From positions 1 to 64,000 of IMG/VR virus record IMGVR_UViG_3300032295_003763: a DNA stretch of 64,000 nt; one strand, given 5' to 3'. Shown one piece after another: positions 1-8,689 of the stretch. The position numbers and the translations under genes are program-made. The first letter of the stretch is position 1. Each line of letters begins with the position of its first letter. Origin of the DNA: a virus (lineage: Duplodnaviria > Caudoviricetes). The notes below the pieces were generated by a model. It saw nothing but the letters and a program-made list of their open reading frames with translations. It was not told where the DNA came from and made no database searches.

Positions 1-129
1 ATAGGATTCGAACCTATATGGTGATTGAGAACTGACTTACCCTGCTATTATTCTGAACTTTGAGTTCAAGGAGTTGCACCTTTCAGCGAAATCACCGCAG
101 CTGCGTCTAACCAATTCCGCCACATGACT
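1..129 (-). ncRNA. tRNA-like RNA (class II Leu/Ser-type D arm, canonical T arm, oversized central domain); 3' end cut off by window edge
   Basis: Minus strand reads AGTCATG-TG-GCGGAATTGGTTAGACGC ... ATAGG-TTCGAAT-CCTAT; 85 nt lie between D and T arms, with a GGTGATT/AATCACC helix; no anticodon could be assigned. Confidence 0.7.
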
Positions 130-144
130 ATTATCTCTTAATCA

Positions 145-152
145 CAAATGTA
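145..152 (-). promoter_or_regulatory. Bacteroidota-type -7 element (TACATTTG) upstream of the tRNA-like gene
   Basis: Matches TAnnTTTG about 16 nt upstream of the RNA 5' end. Confidence 0.5.
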
Positions 153-155
153 CAT

Positions 156-293
156 TATTAATTACATATCCGAAACATCATTATCGTCTATCTTATGGAA
201 ATGGTCTATATTAAAACAATCTATACAAGCATTGTAACCTTCAACATATCCTTTCTTGAATTCATCTTCTTTGCATACTTCATATCCTCTCTT
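156..293. repeat. Direct repeat copy 1 (~138 bp; copy 2 at 1830..1967)
   Basis: Near-identical 3' ends of two paralogous genes, offset 1674 nt. Confidence 0.9.
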
Positions 294-428
294 ATATGCC
301 GATTTGTATTCAACATCCTTAACTGCTTTATATCCTTGGTCATGTGCAATACCAATCATTTTTGAAACATGGTCGGTGTGATAGTATAACTCACCATCTA
401 TGGTTATTGCTCGTTTTGGTTTGTCCAT
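162..428 (-). CDS. GYxxG-repeat (Yae1/FliH-like helix) hypothetical protein
   Basis: Repeats AYKRGYEV, FKKGYVEGYNAC; C-terminus nearly identical to that of 1836..2672. Confidence 0.75.
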   Translation of the reverse strand: MDKPKRAITIDGELYYHTDHVSKMIGIAHDQGYKAVKDVEYKSAYKRGYEVCKEDEFKKGYVEGYNACIDCFNIDHFHKIDDNDVSDM

Positions 429-492
429 ATTAAATTATTCCTCTTATTTCTCTTGGGTCTGTCCAGATAACCTTATCAGGATCTACCGATGG

Positions 493-1140
493 TTATTCAA
501 CGCCGTCTGTGTCTCTACCGTATTTTAAGATGCGTTCTGCTACTTCTCTACAATCCTTATATCCAGAAACATATCCCGTATTATATCCTGATCCAAATAT
601 AGTTTCGTTCCAAGTTTTTGAACCCATGTCTTTGGTTGATGGCACAGCAAAATGTTCTACCATTTTTCTCAGTTTTACTTCTCTACAATCATCGTAACCT
701 TCTTTATATCCCTTATGGAATGCTTCTTCTATATGAGCAAGGTATTCACCTGGTATTTCTTTATTACTGATACCATCATCTTTACATTCTTTACAGTAAT
801 CATCGTAATCATGGTCATAATCAACAGTACTCGGATTGGGATATTCGGGAACGGGCACAGCAATGTAGGGTGAACAGTTTTTCTTACCTGCTTCATATCC
901 CATACGATACCATTGCTCTTGTGTACGGACAATGTCAGTATCAGTATAACCGTTAGCAACGCCTTCAACTTGGGCTAACTTATATCCTTCAGATTTACCA
1001 TCATCAACACCCATTTCATACCATGCATTGTGTACTTTTGCCATTTTTAATGAGGAATAGTATGTAACGCCATTTACTTCAACACTCAATGGTAAATCAT
1101 TTTTTGATATACCGTTTTTATCGAATTTCCAGTTTTCCAT
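493..1140 (-). CDS. GYxxG-repeat hypothetical protein
   Basis: Multiple W/FYxxGYxxG motifs; N-terminal DLPLSVEVNGVTYYSS shared with 1836..2672. Confidence 0.75.
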   Translation of the reverse strand: MENWKFDKNGISKNDLPLSVEVNGVTYYSSLKMAKVHNAWYEMGVDDGKSEGYKLAQVEGVANGYTDTDIVRTQEQWYRMGYEAGKKNCSPYIAVPVPEYPNPSTVDYDHDYDDYCKECKDDGISNKEIPGEYLAHIEEAFHKGYKEGYDDCREVKLRKMVEHFAVPSTKDMGSKTWNETIFGSGYNTGYVSGYKDCREVAERILKYGRDTDGVE

Positions 1141-1155
1141 AGTGGTTATTCCCTA

Positions 1156-1350
1156 TCAGATATGTTCATTGATAATGTGCAATTTTTCTTTTATATAGTC
1201 CATCGATTCCTTTATATGAAAGAGTGTATCGCCCATTACTAGTAGTGTTGGTGTTATATCATCATTAATAGTCTCCATATAGTCTACACGAGACAAATTA
1301 ATCCATACTTTTTCTCCATCTATATCAGTTAGTTCAGTGAAGAATATCAT
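1156..1350 (-). CDS. FlbD-like small protein
   Basis: LTDIDGEKVWINLSRVDYME...TLLVMG...HIKESMDYI fits the FlbD family pattern. Confidence 0.55.
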   Translation of the reverse strand: MIFFTELTDIDGEKVWINLSRVDYMETINDDITPTLLVMGDTLFHIKESMDYIKEKLHIINEHI

Positions 1351-1479
1351 TTTGGTTATTCCTTATAATTAGAATTTGTTTAATCTTGTTTTCTATAAAT
1401 GTCAAAAAGTGTTTTCATAATATAGCATATTTTATACGTATGTTTAGTAGAGAATAATCTTTTTCATCACCTAATACTT

Positions 1480-1767
1480 TTAATCTACTACTTCATAAGT
1501 AGTTTCAAATATATCAGGTTTGCAAGGATAATACTCTCCTTGGACACCTTTGATAATCCAATCGCCAATTGATGCAATATGTTCGCCTTCTAATGTTTTT
1601 ATGATTAAGCCACCATTGACTTTATTCCAGTCAATATAAAAATTGACTCCTGTAGCTTGAATATACTCTTCATCTTTTCCACCTAAAAAATTGAACATTT
1701 CTCTGTGGTTATCTCCAGTCCATTGCACGGCTTCAATCTCTATTGGTTTTTTTCTGAATTTTGGCAT
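1480..1767 (-). CDS. conserved phage protein (KKPIEIEAVQW / TLEG / PCKPDIF family)
   Basis: Recognisable widespread phage motifs FRKKPIEIEAVQW, IKTLEG, GEYYPCKPDIF. Confidence 0.85.
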   Translation of the reverse strand: MPKFRKKPIEIEAVQWTGDNHREMFNFLGGKDEEYIQATGVNFYIDWNKVNGGLIIKTLEGEHIASIGDWIIKGVQGEYYPCKPDIFETTYEVVD

Positions 1768-1829
1768 AGTTTTATTTGGTCATTTAATTAATTACATTAA
1801 TTGGTTTTATATTAAATCAGAGCATTATT

Positions 1830-1967
1830 TATTAATTACATATCAGAAACATCATTATCGTATATCTTATGTTCATAATTGATATTAAAACAATCTATAC
1901 AAGCATTGTAACCTTCAACATATCCTTTCTTAAATTCATCTTCTTTGCATACTTCATATCCTCTTTT
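1830..1967. repeat. Direct repeat copy 2
   Basis: Near-identical to 156..293. Confidence 0.9.
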
Positions 1968-2672
1968 GAATGCTTCTTCAAGTGGTTTTTTTCTGCTTAT
2001 CGGTTTAACTATTTCAGAAACCATTCTATCCATACCTTTTTTATAACCTCTGTAGAATGCTTCATCTTTGTTACATTTACAATTGCTGAATTTACCATTA
2101 TTAAAACCTTGTTCATACCATTCTTTTTTCAATTCAGCCAGTTGTTCATCATCAAAATAATGTTCAGTTGGTTGTGATTCTTTCTTAGCATCTTTCATTC
2201 CAATATCATGACCTTCTGAAAAACCTCTTCCGTAACCTTTCCCAAATCCATCGCACTCGCCTTGTTTATATCCTTCATTATACCCATTCTTCTTACCAGC
2301 AAAATATCCATCTTGGTATGCTGTATATCCATCACCATATTTTAAAGCATCATTGATGATACTTTCACATTTATCAGGTGATGATGGTTCTGAAATTTCA
2401 TTTCTGCAAAGTTCTAATCCTACTTTGGATAATTCCAGATTTACTTCGGATAGGTTTTGTGATGAATCAAATAGTTTTGATGAGAAATATTCTATACCAT
2501 TCATCGTAATTGATAATGGTAGATCTTCATTTGATTTTGAGTTGAAATCTAATGTCATTGTATTGTCCATGTTTGTAAGATTTAATAGTGAATATGGAGA
2601 TAATATTACGATTCGTTTTTCATATTTTTTTCGTTCTCTTTCTCCATTTGCTTGGCTTTCGCAAAGAGCCAA
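1836..2672 (-). CDS. GYxxG-repeat (Yae1/FliH-like) protein; true start probably an internal Met
   Basis: Long GxxxG ladder AYQDGYFAGKKNGYNEGYKQGECDGFGKGYGRG. Confidence 0.7.
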   Translation of the reverse strand: MALCESQANGERERKKYEKRIVILSPYSLLNLTNMDNTMTLDFNSKSNEDLPLSITMNGIEYFSSKLFDSSQNLSEVNLELSKVGLELCRNEISEPSSPDKCESIINDALKYGDGYTAYQDGYFAGKKNGYNEGYKQGECDGFGKGYGRGFSEGHDIGMKDAKKESQPTEHYFDDEQLAELKKEWYEQGFNNGKFSNCKCNKDEAFYRGYKKGMDRMVSEIVKPISRKKPLEEAFKRGYEVCKEDEFKKGYVEGYNACIDCFNINYEHKIYDNDVSDM

Positions 2673-2797
2673 TCAATTTTTTCTTGCTTTATTTCATCAA
2701 AAGTAAATACATAACTAAATGCATCCTCCAACCACTCCACTACTGTTTACTTACTCATATCAAATCCTTTCGGTAAATAAAATAAAAATTCTCTATA

Positions 2798-3082
2798 TCA
2801 ATACTCACAAAACCATTCAGTTAAAACAAATGATAAGTTTAATGCTTCACCTTTTTTATTAGATTCATATTGGACATAAAAACCACCAGTTCCAACGGTT
2901 GTTTTTTCCATAATTGCTTCTTTAAGAAGTTTTCTTACTGTATGTTTCATTTGTTGAATAGATGGAACTCCATTATCTCGCCATTCCAAATTCAAGTGTG
3001 TCATAACATCATGGACTTTATCAAAATCAAACCAGTCCATAATTTCATCTATCGCTTCTTGTTGTTTTTCTGTTATACTCAT
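2798..3082 (-). CDS. hypothetical phage protein
   Basis: Intact ORF co-oriented with neighbours; IDEIMDWFDFDKVHDVM...GTGGF. Confidence 0.75.
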   Translation of the reverse strand: MSITEKQQEAIDEIMDWFDFDKVHDVMTHLNLEWRDNGVPSIQQMKHTVRKLLKEAIMEKTTVGTGGFYVQYESNKKGEALNLSFVLTEWFCEY

Positions 3083-3168
3083 ATTATTTATTATCTTTTA
3101 ATATAATGATAGTATGTGCAATATAACTATTTTTAGGAAAATAACAAATATTTTCTTAGAAAATGAAC

Positions 3169-3176
3169 GATATATA
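3169..3176 (+). promoter_or_regulatory. putative late promoter GATATATA
   Basis: Recurrent motif 24 nt upstream of ATG 3200. Confidence 0.6.
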
Positions 3177-3199
3177 GTAAATAATAATAAAAAACCACT

Positions 3200-3619
3200 A
3201 TGAAACTAAAATTGAACTTTGAAGAATACTTGAGAGAATCAAAAATCTCTAATGAAACTAATGGTTATTGGTTTGTAGTAAGTGAAGACCAAATAGTCGC
3301 AGTTTATGATAACCTAAAAGATGCTAAATCTTATTATGAAAAAGAAATAGACTTTAAAAAAGATCTATATTTCGATAAGTTTGTAGAGGATTTACAGGAT
3401 TCTGGTAGAAAAGTATGGGACTACGATTATCCACAAACATCGCCCTCAGAAATGATTTTAACAGATGAGGAATACGATGAGTATTTTGAAGATAACTATG
3501 GTCATGAGATATTTTTAACGGGACCACATACCCTGACAGAATTACCTAAAGACATAGAATCACTTATGAATGAACAAATAATAGAAGATATTAAAAAGTT
3601 TGGTGCATTTGAATTGTAA
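3200..3619 (+). CDS. acidic hypothetical protein with capsid-targeting-like N-terminus
   Basis: MKLKLNFEEYLRES start; GATATATA upstream; terminator downstream. Confidence 0.75.
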   Translation: MKLKLNFEEYLRESKISNETNGYWFVVSEDQIVAVYDNLKDAKSYYEKEIDFKKDLYFDKFVEDLQDSGRKVWDYDYPQTSPSEMILTDEEYDEYFEDNYGHEIFLTGPHTLTELPKDIESLMNEQIIEDIKKFGAFEL

Positions 3620-3642
3620 ATATTCAAAAATATTCTTATATT

Positions 3643-3674
3643 AGACCCATTGGGATATTCCTAATGGGTTTTTT
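3643..3674 (+). terminator. intrinsic terminator
   Basis: ACCCATTGGG-loop-CCTAATGGGT followed by T run. Confidence 0.75.
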
Positions 3675-3704
3675 ATTATTTTTTCATAGTAATTACGGTG
3701 CTTT

Positions 3705-4019
3705 ATGGATAAATCTATTTTGTTTTTTTATCATGCTTGTATTGTTGGTAATATAGAAATGATAGAATCTTTATTAGAATCTAGTGAAAATTTAAATATA
3801 AGCTACGCTGATGAATATGGAGATACCGCTTTACATAAGGCTGTTCTTTTTAACCAATATGATGTTGTTAAATATCTTCTTGATTTAGGATGTTCAAAAA
3901 ATAAAAAGAATAGTTATGGCTGGACAGCACTAGATATGGCAATCGTAGATCAGAACGATTCTATCAGTAATCTATTACGTGATTATGGAGCTACTGAATA
4001 TTGTGTCAAATGGCAATAA
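3705..4019 (+). CDS. ankyrin repeat protein
   Basis: YGDTALHKA and YGWTALDMA ankyrin motifs. Confidence 0.9.
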   Translation: MDKSILFFYHACIVGNIEMIESLLESSENLNISYADEYGDTALHKAVLFNQYDVVKYLLDLGCSKNKKNSYGWTALDMAIVDQNDSISNLLRDYGATEYCVKWQ

Positions 4020-4041
4020 TTTGATACCTTCAAGATAAACT

Positions 4042-4069
4042 AAAAAAGCCGAGAAAATATCTCGGCTTT
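4042..4069. terminator. bidirectional terminator
   Basis: AAAAAAGCCGAGA...TCTCGGCTTT between convergent genes. Confidence 0.75.
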
Positions 4070-4092
4070 ACTATTTAGTATTTGAGTATATC

Positions 4093-4878
4093 TTAAATAA
4101 TATTAAACCATCCTTGAAGAATAAGACCTTTACCTTTACCTATTACGGCTGCTCTAGTTTTCTTAGCAACAGAATCCCCTTCTCTTGATCCTTCCGCATT
4201 AGTATTTCCTTCAATTGTAATCATCTTAGTTCCATTTTCAATAAACTCGACTAAAATTCCAGTATGCCCCTTAGTTCTGTCAGAAGAACTCACCCATGAA
4301 ATATAAGCACCTGGTTTAACTTGTTTCCAATCTGTTATAATTGGATATCCAGCTTTGATAAAATTATTTCTCGTTTGCTGAACACTTGGGGAAATGTATT
4401 TTGTCATTCTTTTATGATCTAATCCAGCCTTTGTGTATGCTTCTGTATACACTAATTTACAGAACATACTACACCAAGCCCATTTTTTCTTCCAACCGAC
4501 GCTTTCCATAAGTCTTTGAAAAAATGACTGTTTAAATCCCATATTACCTGAAATTTCCTTTTGACCTACAAACGATTTTGCAGTCTCAAGAACAACTTGG
4601 TTTATATTCGAATTAGTTGGAGTAGATGCTGTGGTCCCACTTGTAGCTGCAGTTTTCTCTTTTATTTTCTTTTCTAAAGCGGACAATGTTTTAGGCCCGA
4701 CTACCCCGTCTGCTTTTAATCCGCATGATGCTTGAAATGCCTTCACTACCGCTTCTGTCGAACCATCAAATACACCATTAACTTTAACGTTGTATTTACC
4801 GAGAGAATTGAGAGAATTTTGTAAATGACGGACATCAACACCAGTCATATCCTTTTTGAGAATTCTTTGAATTTTCAT
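4093..4878 (-). CDS. PG-binding domain + CHAP-type peptidoglycan hydrolase (endolysin candidate)
   Basis: N-terminal DVRHLQ...AVVKAFQ...DGVVGPKT; C-terminal AWCSMF, GHTGI, TIEGNT. Confidence 0.85.
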   Translation of the reverse strand: MKIQRILKKDMTGVDVRHLQNSLNSLGKYNVKVNGVFDGSTEAVVKAFQASCGLKADGVVGPKTLSALEKKIKEKTAATSGTTASTPTNSNINQVVLETAKSFVGQKEISGNMGFKQSFFQRLMESVGWKKKWAWCSMFCKLVYTEAYTKAGLDHKRMTKYISPSVQQTRNNFIKAGYPIITDWKQVKPGAYISWVSSSDRTKGHTGILVEFIENGTKMITIEGNTNAEGSREGDSVAKKTRAAVIGKGKGLILQGWFNII

Positions 4879-4996
4879 GATTGTGTTGTTTTTTTATTAT
4901 ATATTGAATAAATGCAAATTTTTATGAGTCCCTATAAATGAACTAAAATTGTATTATGGGTATAATAAGTTAAATTTCATAAAATAAAGAAGCACT

Positions 4997-6214
4997 ATGC
5001 CAAATCAACAACAACTGGACAATTTGAGGAATAATGCCCTCCACATAACTGATTTTATAAATCATCTTCATGATTACTTTCAAGATGTGGTTAATACTGT
5101 ATTTTCAAAAATTAATCAAGAACAAAACTATGATCCTAGTCAAAAATGGATTAGTTTTGTGTATAGTTTAACAATGTCAGCATTCGCAGATGTGGAGTTA
5201 AAAGGTTCAGATACATTCGCTTCATTTTTATCTACGATACTATCTTCATATGATAATAATACTCCTTCTCAAGAAGGTTTGAACGGAACCATTGGAGATG
5301 TTTGGGAAAGATTATCAAAGACATTCCTACAGGCAAATGATGATTTGGCGTTAATTGCAATGAACCCAGAGGCATACTGGAATAAATCATATTGGAGCGA
5401 AACTCTTAATAAAACATTTTATTTAAGTAATTTAGGTGATATTACATTTCCTGCAAAAGATGATGTAGCTAATAATGGTCCTATTATTTTTGCAAATGGT
5501 ACAGATATTCTTATTCAAAAATTCAAGTACGCCCTAACGAAATATGCACTCGGTAAAAAGTGGTCTATACTTCATGATCCAGATAAGTTATTTTGGCCAC
5601 ATGGAAATGATAAACAATTAACAGATTTTGCAAAAAATATGATAAAGAACAATCAGGATATCATAGTTCTTTGGAAATCTGATGAATCTGGATCATGTGC
5701 GTCATGTCCAACACAAGGTTTAAGTTCTTTTGAACCAAGATTGGGTATTGGTGACTGGTATTCTAATTGGGATTATTTCCACGGTGCTTCACCTAGTAAG
5801 GATATGCTCGTATGGTTAATAAAAGATGATGGATATGGTACCATACTCAATCCTGATGCAGTAGCAACAAGACATGAAGTTTTCTACGAGTGGGGTTTAG
5901 AAGGTAGCCTTTCCGAGCACCCTAACTCAGTAATGGTTATCGAAGAAAAGGAATCTAGAACTCCTACGACAGAAGATAAAGAGCGTGCTCTAGAGTGGTT
6001 TAAACTATTCAAAGATCAAGGGAGAAAGAATTTAGAAGAAAGAATAATTGAAAAAGCTAAAAATGACCCTCAATTCTATAGAGACTTAGTTAAAGACTCA
6101 AAACAAACACTCGAAAAGGAATTTGGAATATTATTTCCAGAATCTGTATCAGTAGAAGTTTTGGTTGAAGATGTAGGAAGCTATAAAATTGTTTTACCCG
6201 CAGTTGGAATGTAA
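4997..6214 (+). CDS. hypothetical protein with C-terminal NHLP (nitrile-hydratase-like leader) domain
   Basis: C-terminus RKNLEERIIEKAKNDPQFYRDLVKD...LEKEFGILFPESVSVEVLVE...YKIVLP fits the NHLP leader consensus; internal CxxC. Confidence 0.65.
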   Translation: MPNQQQLDNLRNNALHITDFINHLHDYFQDVVNTVFSKINQEQNYDPSQKWISFVYSLTMSAFADVELKGSDTFASFLSTILSSYDNNTPSQEGLNGTIGDVWERLSKTFLQANDDLALIAMNPEAYWNKSYWSETLNKTFYLSNLGDITFPAKDDVANNGPIIFANGTDILIQKFKYALTKYALGKKWSILHDPDKLFWPHGNDKQLTDFAKNMIKNNQDIIVLWKSDESGSCASCPTQGLSSFEPRLGIGDWYSNWDYFHGASPSKDMLVWLIKDDGYGTILNPDAVATRHEVFYEWGLEGSLSEHPNSVMVIEEKESRTPTTEDKERALEWFKLFKDQGRKNLEERIIEKAKNDPQFYRDLVKDSKQTLEKEFGILFPESVSVEVLVEDVGSYKIVLPAVGM

Positions 6215-6245
6215 TTTTTATTAATTTTTGTGTATCTATAATCTT

Positions 6246-6371
6246 ATGAAAATGACAAAAATCAATCTATCTAAAGAAAATCGAATGCTTCGATTTGGGT
6301 TCGGATTACATGAAGGCCAATGGTTCATTAGGATTGACTTATGGTCAATTGGATTTAGAATTACTGATTAA
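6246..6371 (+). CDS. small 41-aa hypothetical protein (not in ORF track)
   Basis: MKMTKINLSKENRMLRFGFGLHEGQWFIRIDLWSIGFRITD fills the gap, followed by a hairpin near 6383-6413. Confidence 0.5.
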   Translation: MKMTKINLSKENRMLRFGFGLHEGQWFIRIDLWSIGFRITD

Positions 6372-6435
6372 GGTATGAATACTTGTCGCAAAAGTTTACT
6401 TAATTTACGACAATTTTTAATTATGGAATAGAACA

Positions 6436-6753
6436 ATGACATTTGAAGAATTTCAATATCATATTGACAGCATCAAACATTTTATAAATGATTTAGATGC
6501 ATTTGACAATGTGTTAAAGGTAATATCCCCTAGTGGAACTTGCGTTTGTGAAATAGGCGGTAAATTTATTGATGATTACATCACTTTACTTGAAAAGCTT
6601 TTAAACGACAATGATAATAACGTATCATGGTTTGTGTTTGACAATAAATTTGGTGAAAAGGGATTATCATTTTATATTGAAGGAATTGAATATATTATTG
6701 CCAACGAAAAGGATTTTTACGATGTTATACAGAAAATATCAGAAAAAAATTAA
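6436..6753 (+). CDS. hypothetical phage protein
   Basis: Intact ORF in plus-strand run; VSWFVFDNKFG motif. Confidence 0.7.
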   Translation: MTFEEFQYHIDSIKHFINDLDAFDNVLKVISPSGTCVCEIGGKFIDDYITLLEKLLNDNDNNVSWFVFDNKFGEKGLSFYIEGIEYIIANEKDFYDVIQKISEKN

Positions 6754-6855
6754 TGAATTAGAAATAAATATTGTGAAATTAGAAGGAAAAGTGTTATTTT
6801 TATTATCAATATTTTCAATTCAATTCTTACTTATCATTGCATTATTTTTTAAAAA

Positions 6856-7074
6856 ATGAATCAAGAACAAAAAACCTGGCTAGAAAATACAATAAAAGAA
6901 ATTAAACTCGTCAACCCCCACATGATTCCAATGAATCCACAAATTGGACTTTTCTTTAAAGTAAATAATTTAGAAATCCCCCAAGAGCTTTTCAATGAAG
7001 AGTTCAACCAAATATCAAAAGCATATTTTTCAGTAATCGAAAAACTACTTTCTCAACAGCATAAAGGTTTTTAA
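6856..7074 (+). CDS. hypothetical protein
   Basis: ORF in operon-like run. Confidence 0.55.
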   Translation: MNQEQKTWLENTIKEIKLVNPHMIPMNPQIGLFFKVNNLEIPQELFNEEFNQISKAYFSVIEKLLSQQHKGF

Positions 7075-7077
7075 CGA

Positions 7078-7440
7078 ATGAATGAGTTCTTACAAAAAGA
7101 ATGTGTATCCCTAGAGCATGCGGAGGGATTAAAGGATTTGGGTTTTAATGAACCCTATTGTATAGGTTATTATGAGAATGGTCTACTCAATCACAATGAT
7201 GCATTCCATACAAATGAATCGTTTACTAGCATTTCGGAATCTTTAGGGGATGTGTCTTTGATAACAGCTCCTACATTCCAGCAAGCGTTTAGATGGATAA
7301 GAGATACATTTGGACATCATCACATAGCACTATTTAATAGATTTTATGTGGATCGAATGTTTACATTTGAAGTAGCAGAAAACAGAGCATTAAGTGAATT
7401 AATAGATACAATCAAAGAGAGGAAGACAAATGAAGTTTGA
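7078..7440 (+). CDS. conserved phage hypothetical protein
   Basis: LKDLGFNEPYC...APTFQQAFRWIR motif. Confidence 0.75.
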   Translation: MNEFLQKECVSLEHAEGLKDLGFNEPYCIGYYENGLLNHNDAFHTNESFTSISESLGDVSLITAPTFQQAFRWIRDTFGHHHIALFNRFYVDRMFTFEVAENRALSELIDTIKERKTNEV

Positions 7441-7708
7441 ACAAGAAGTAAACGATACCACATATGGAGATGGTAAGTTCTCCGAAAAGTATAGATTAAT
7501 GACACACTTATTTCACAGTAAATTAGAAAGAAATAAGTCTAATGTAAATTATGAAAATGTAGATTCTATACAAAAATTCATTAAAAATAATGCGTCACTA
7601 TTGCTTAAAATCAAAAGAAGTATTTTCAGAGAATACGACTATAAAATCACTAATTTTCAAGTAAATGTTGCATGTTGCTTTTTTCTTAACAAAAAGATGA
7701 TTAAATGA
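7430..7708 (+). CDS. hypothetical protein
   Basis: Overlaps the upstream stop; operon-like. Confidence 0.55.
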   Translation: MKFEQEVNDTTYGDGKFSEKYRLMTHLFHSKLERNKSNVNYENVDSIQKFIKNNASLLLKIKRSIFREYDYKITNFQVNVACCFFLNKKMIK

Positions 7709-7768
7709 TGAATTTGATATATAATATTCATTGATCTATATTATGATTAATGTAAAATTATTATCTGA

Positions 7769-8683
7769 ATGAAATATATCAAGCTTTTTGAAGAGTTATT
7801 CAACGATGATGCGAAAAAGAAATTATCCTTTAATTCTACATTATTTCATTATTTTGAATATGGTGATTTAGATGATCTATCTATACCTATATTTGAATCT
7901 GATAAAGAAAAATGGTTCTTTAATCAGATGCTTGAACTTATTGATGAATTAAAGGATAATAACATAAACACAGATGATTATAAGAATGTTTATAATCTAG
8001 GATTTAAGCCAAATGGTGGCTTAGCAATGTTTGATTTGGGATTTGGGGATTACTTTGAACACTTTGAAGAAGATCCTGCATCTATAGAGCTTCAAGAGAA
8101 TAATACTATAATCGATAGATTATTAAAAACAATGAACATACCATTCTCCGAATTCATAGGTAAGGGAATGTTTGGATTCGCACATGATATTGGCGATAAT
8201 AAAATCCTAAAAATAACTAAAGATAAATCAGAGGCAGTCAATTCAAATAAAATTAAAGGGAAAAAACTAAAACATATAGCAAATATTTACGATGTTAAAC
8301 AATTCATTGAAAACGAAGTTACATATTATGTTATAGTTCTTGAGAAACTAAGGTTAGACCCAACTATTGAAACTACTTATAGTAGTTTAGAGGGATTATT
8401 TGAAGATGCCAGGAATGAAAATTTACCCCAGAGTATAATAGAAGAGATAGGTAAAAAGCATAAACGAGTGTCTGAGTTTTTAAAAGATATGATTCTATTA
8501 GGATATAAAGAAACTTGGGATAAATGGAGAGATCCACTCGAAGAGGAGGGTCTTCATGATATGTATGATTTTAATGAAATATCGGATTTGTCCGAATGGA
8601 TTTACGGATCAGTAACAAACTTCAATGATATTGATGATGAACCCCCACAATATATTATAGATATATTAAAAAAATTACTTTAA
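7769..8683 (+). CDS. protein-kinase-like protein with permuted motif order
   Basis: DYKNVYNLG...LAMFDLG (aa 70-91) precedes IGKGMFG, K148, E155 and YVIVLEKL; MKYIKLFEE start; GATATATA at 7716. Confidence 0.65.
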   Translation: MKYIKLFEELFNDDAKKKLSFNSTLFHYFEYGDLDDLSIPIFESDKEKWFFNQMLELIDELKDNNINTDDYKNVYNLGFKPNGGLAMFDLGFGDYFEHFEEDPASIELQENNTIIDRLLKTMNIPFSEFIGKGMFGFAHDIGDNKILKITKDKSEAVNSNKIKGKKLKHIANIYDVKQFIENEVTYYVIVLEKLRLDPTIETTYSSLEGLFEDARNENLPQSIIEEIGKKHKRVSEFLKDMILLGYKETWDKWRDPLEEEGLHDMYDFNEISDLSEWIYGSVTNFNDIDDEPPQYIIDILKKLL

Positions 8684-8689
8684 ATACTC

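Noticed and set aside
156-1967. 138-bp repeat pair as a diversity-generating retroelement TR/VR
   Set aside because: Mismatches are not confined to adenines on either strand, both copies are coding 3' ends, and no reverse transcriptase is in the window
6611-6859. 82-aa ORF with hydrophobic C-terminus as a holin or spanin
   Set aside because: Overlaps 6436..6753 by over 140 nt, no convincing start, no lipobox; a short real peptide cannot be excluded
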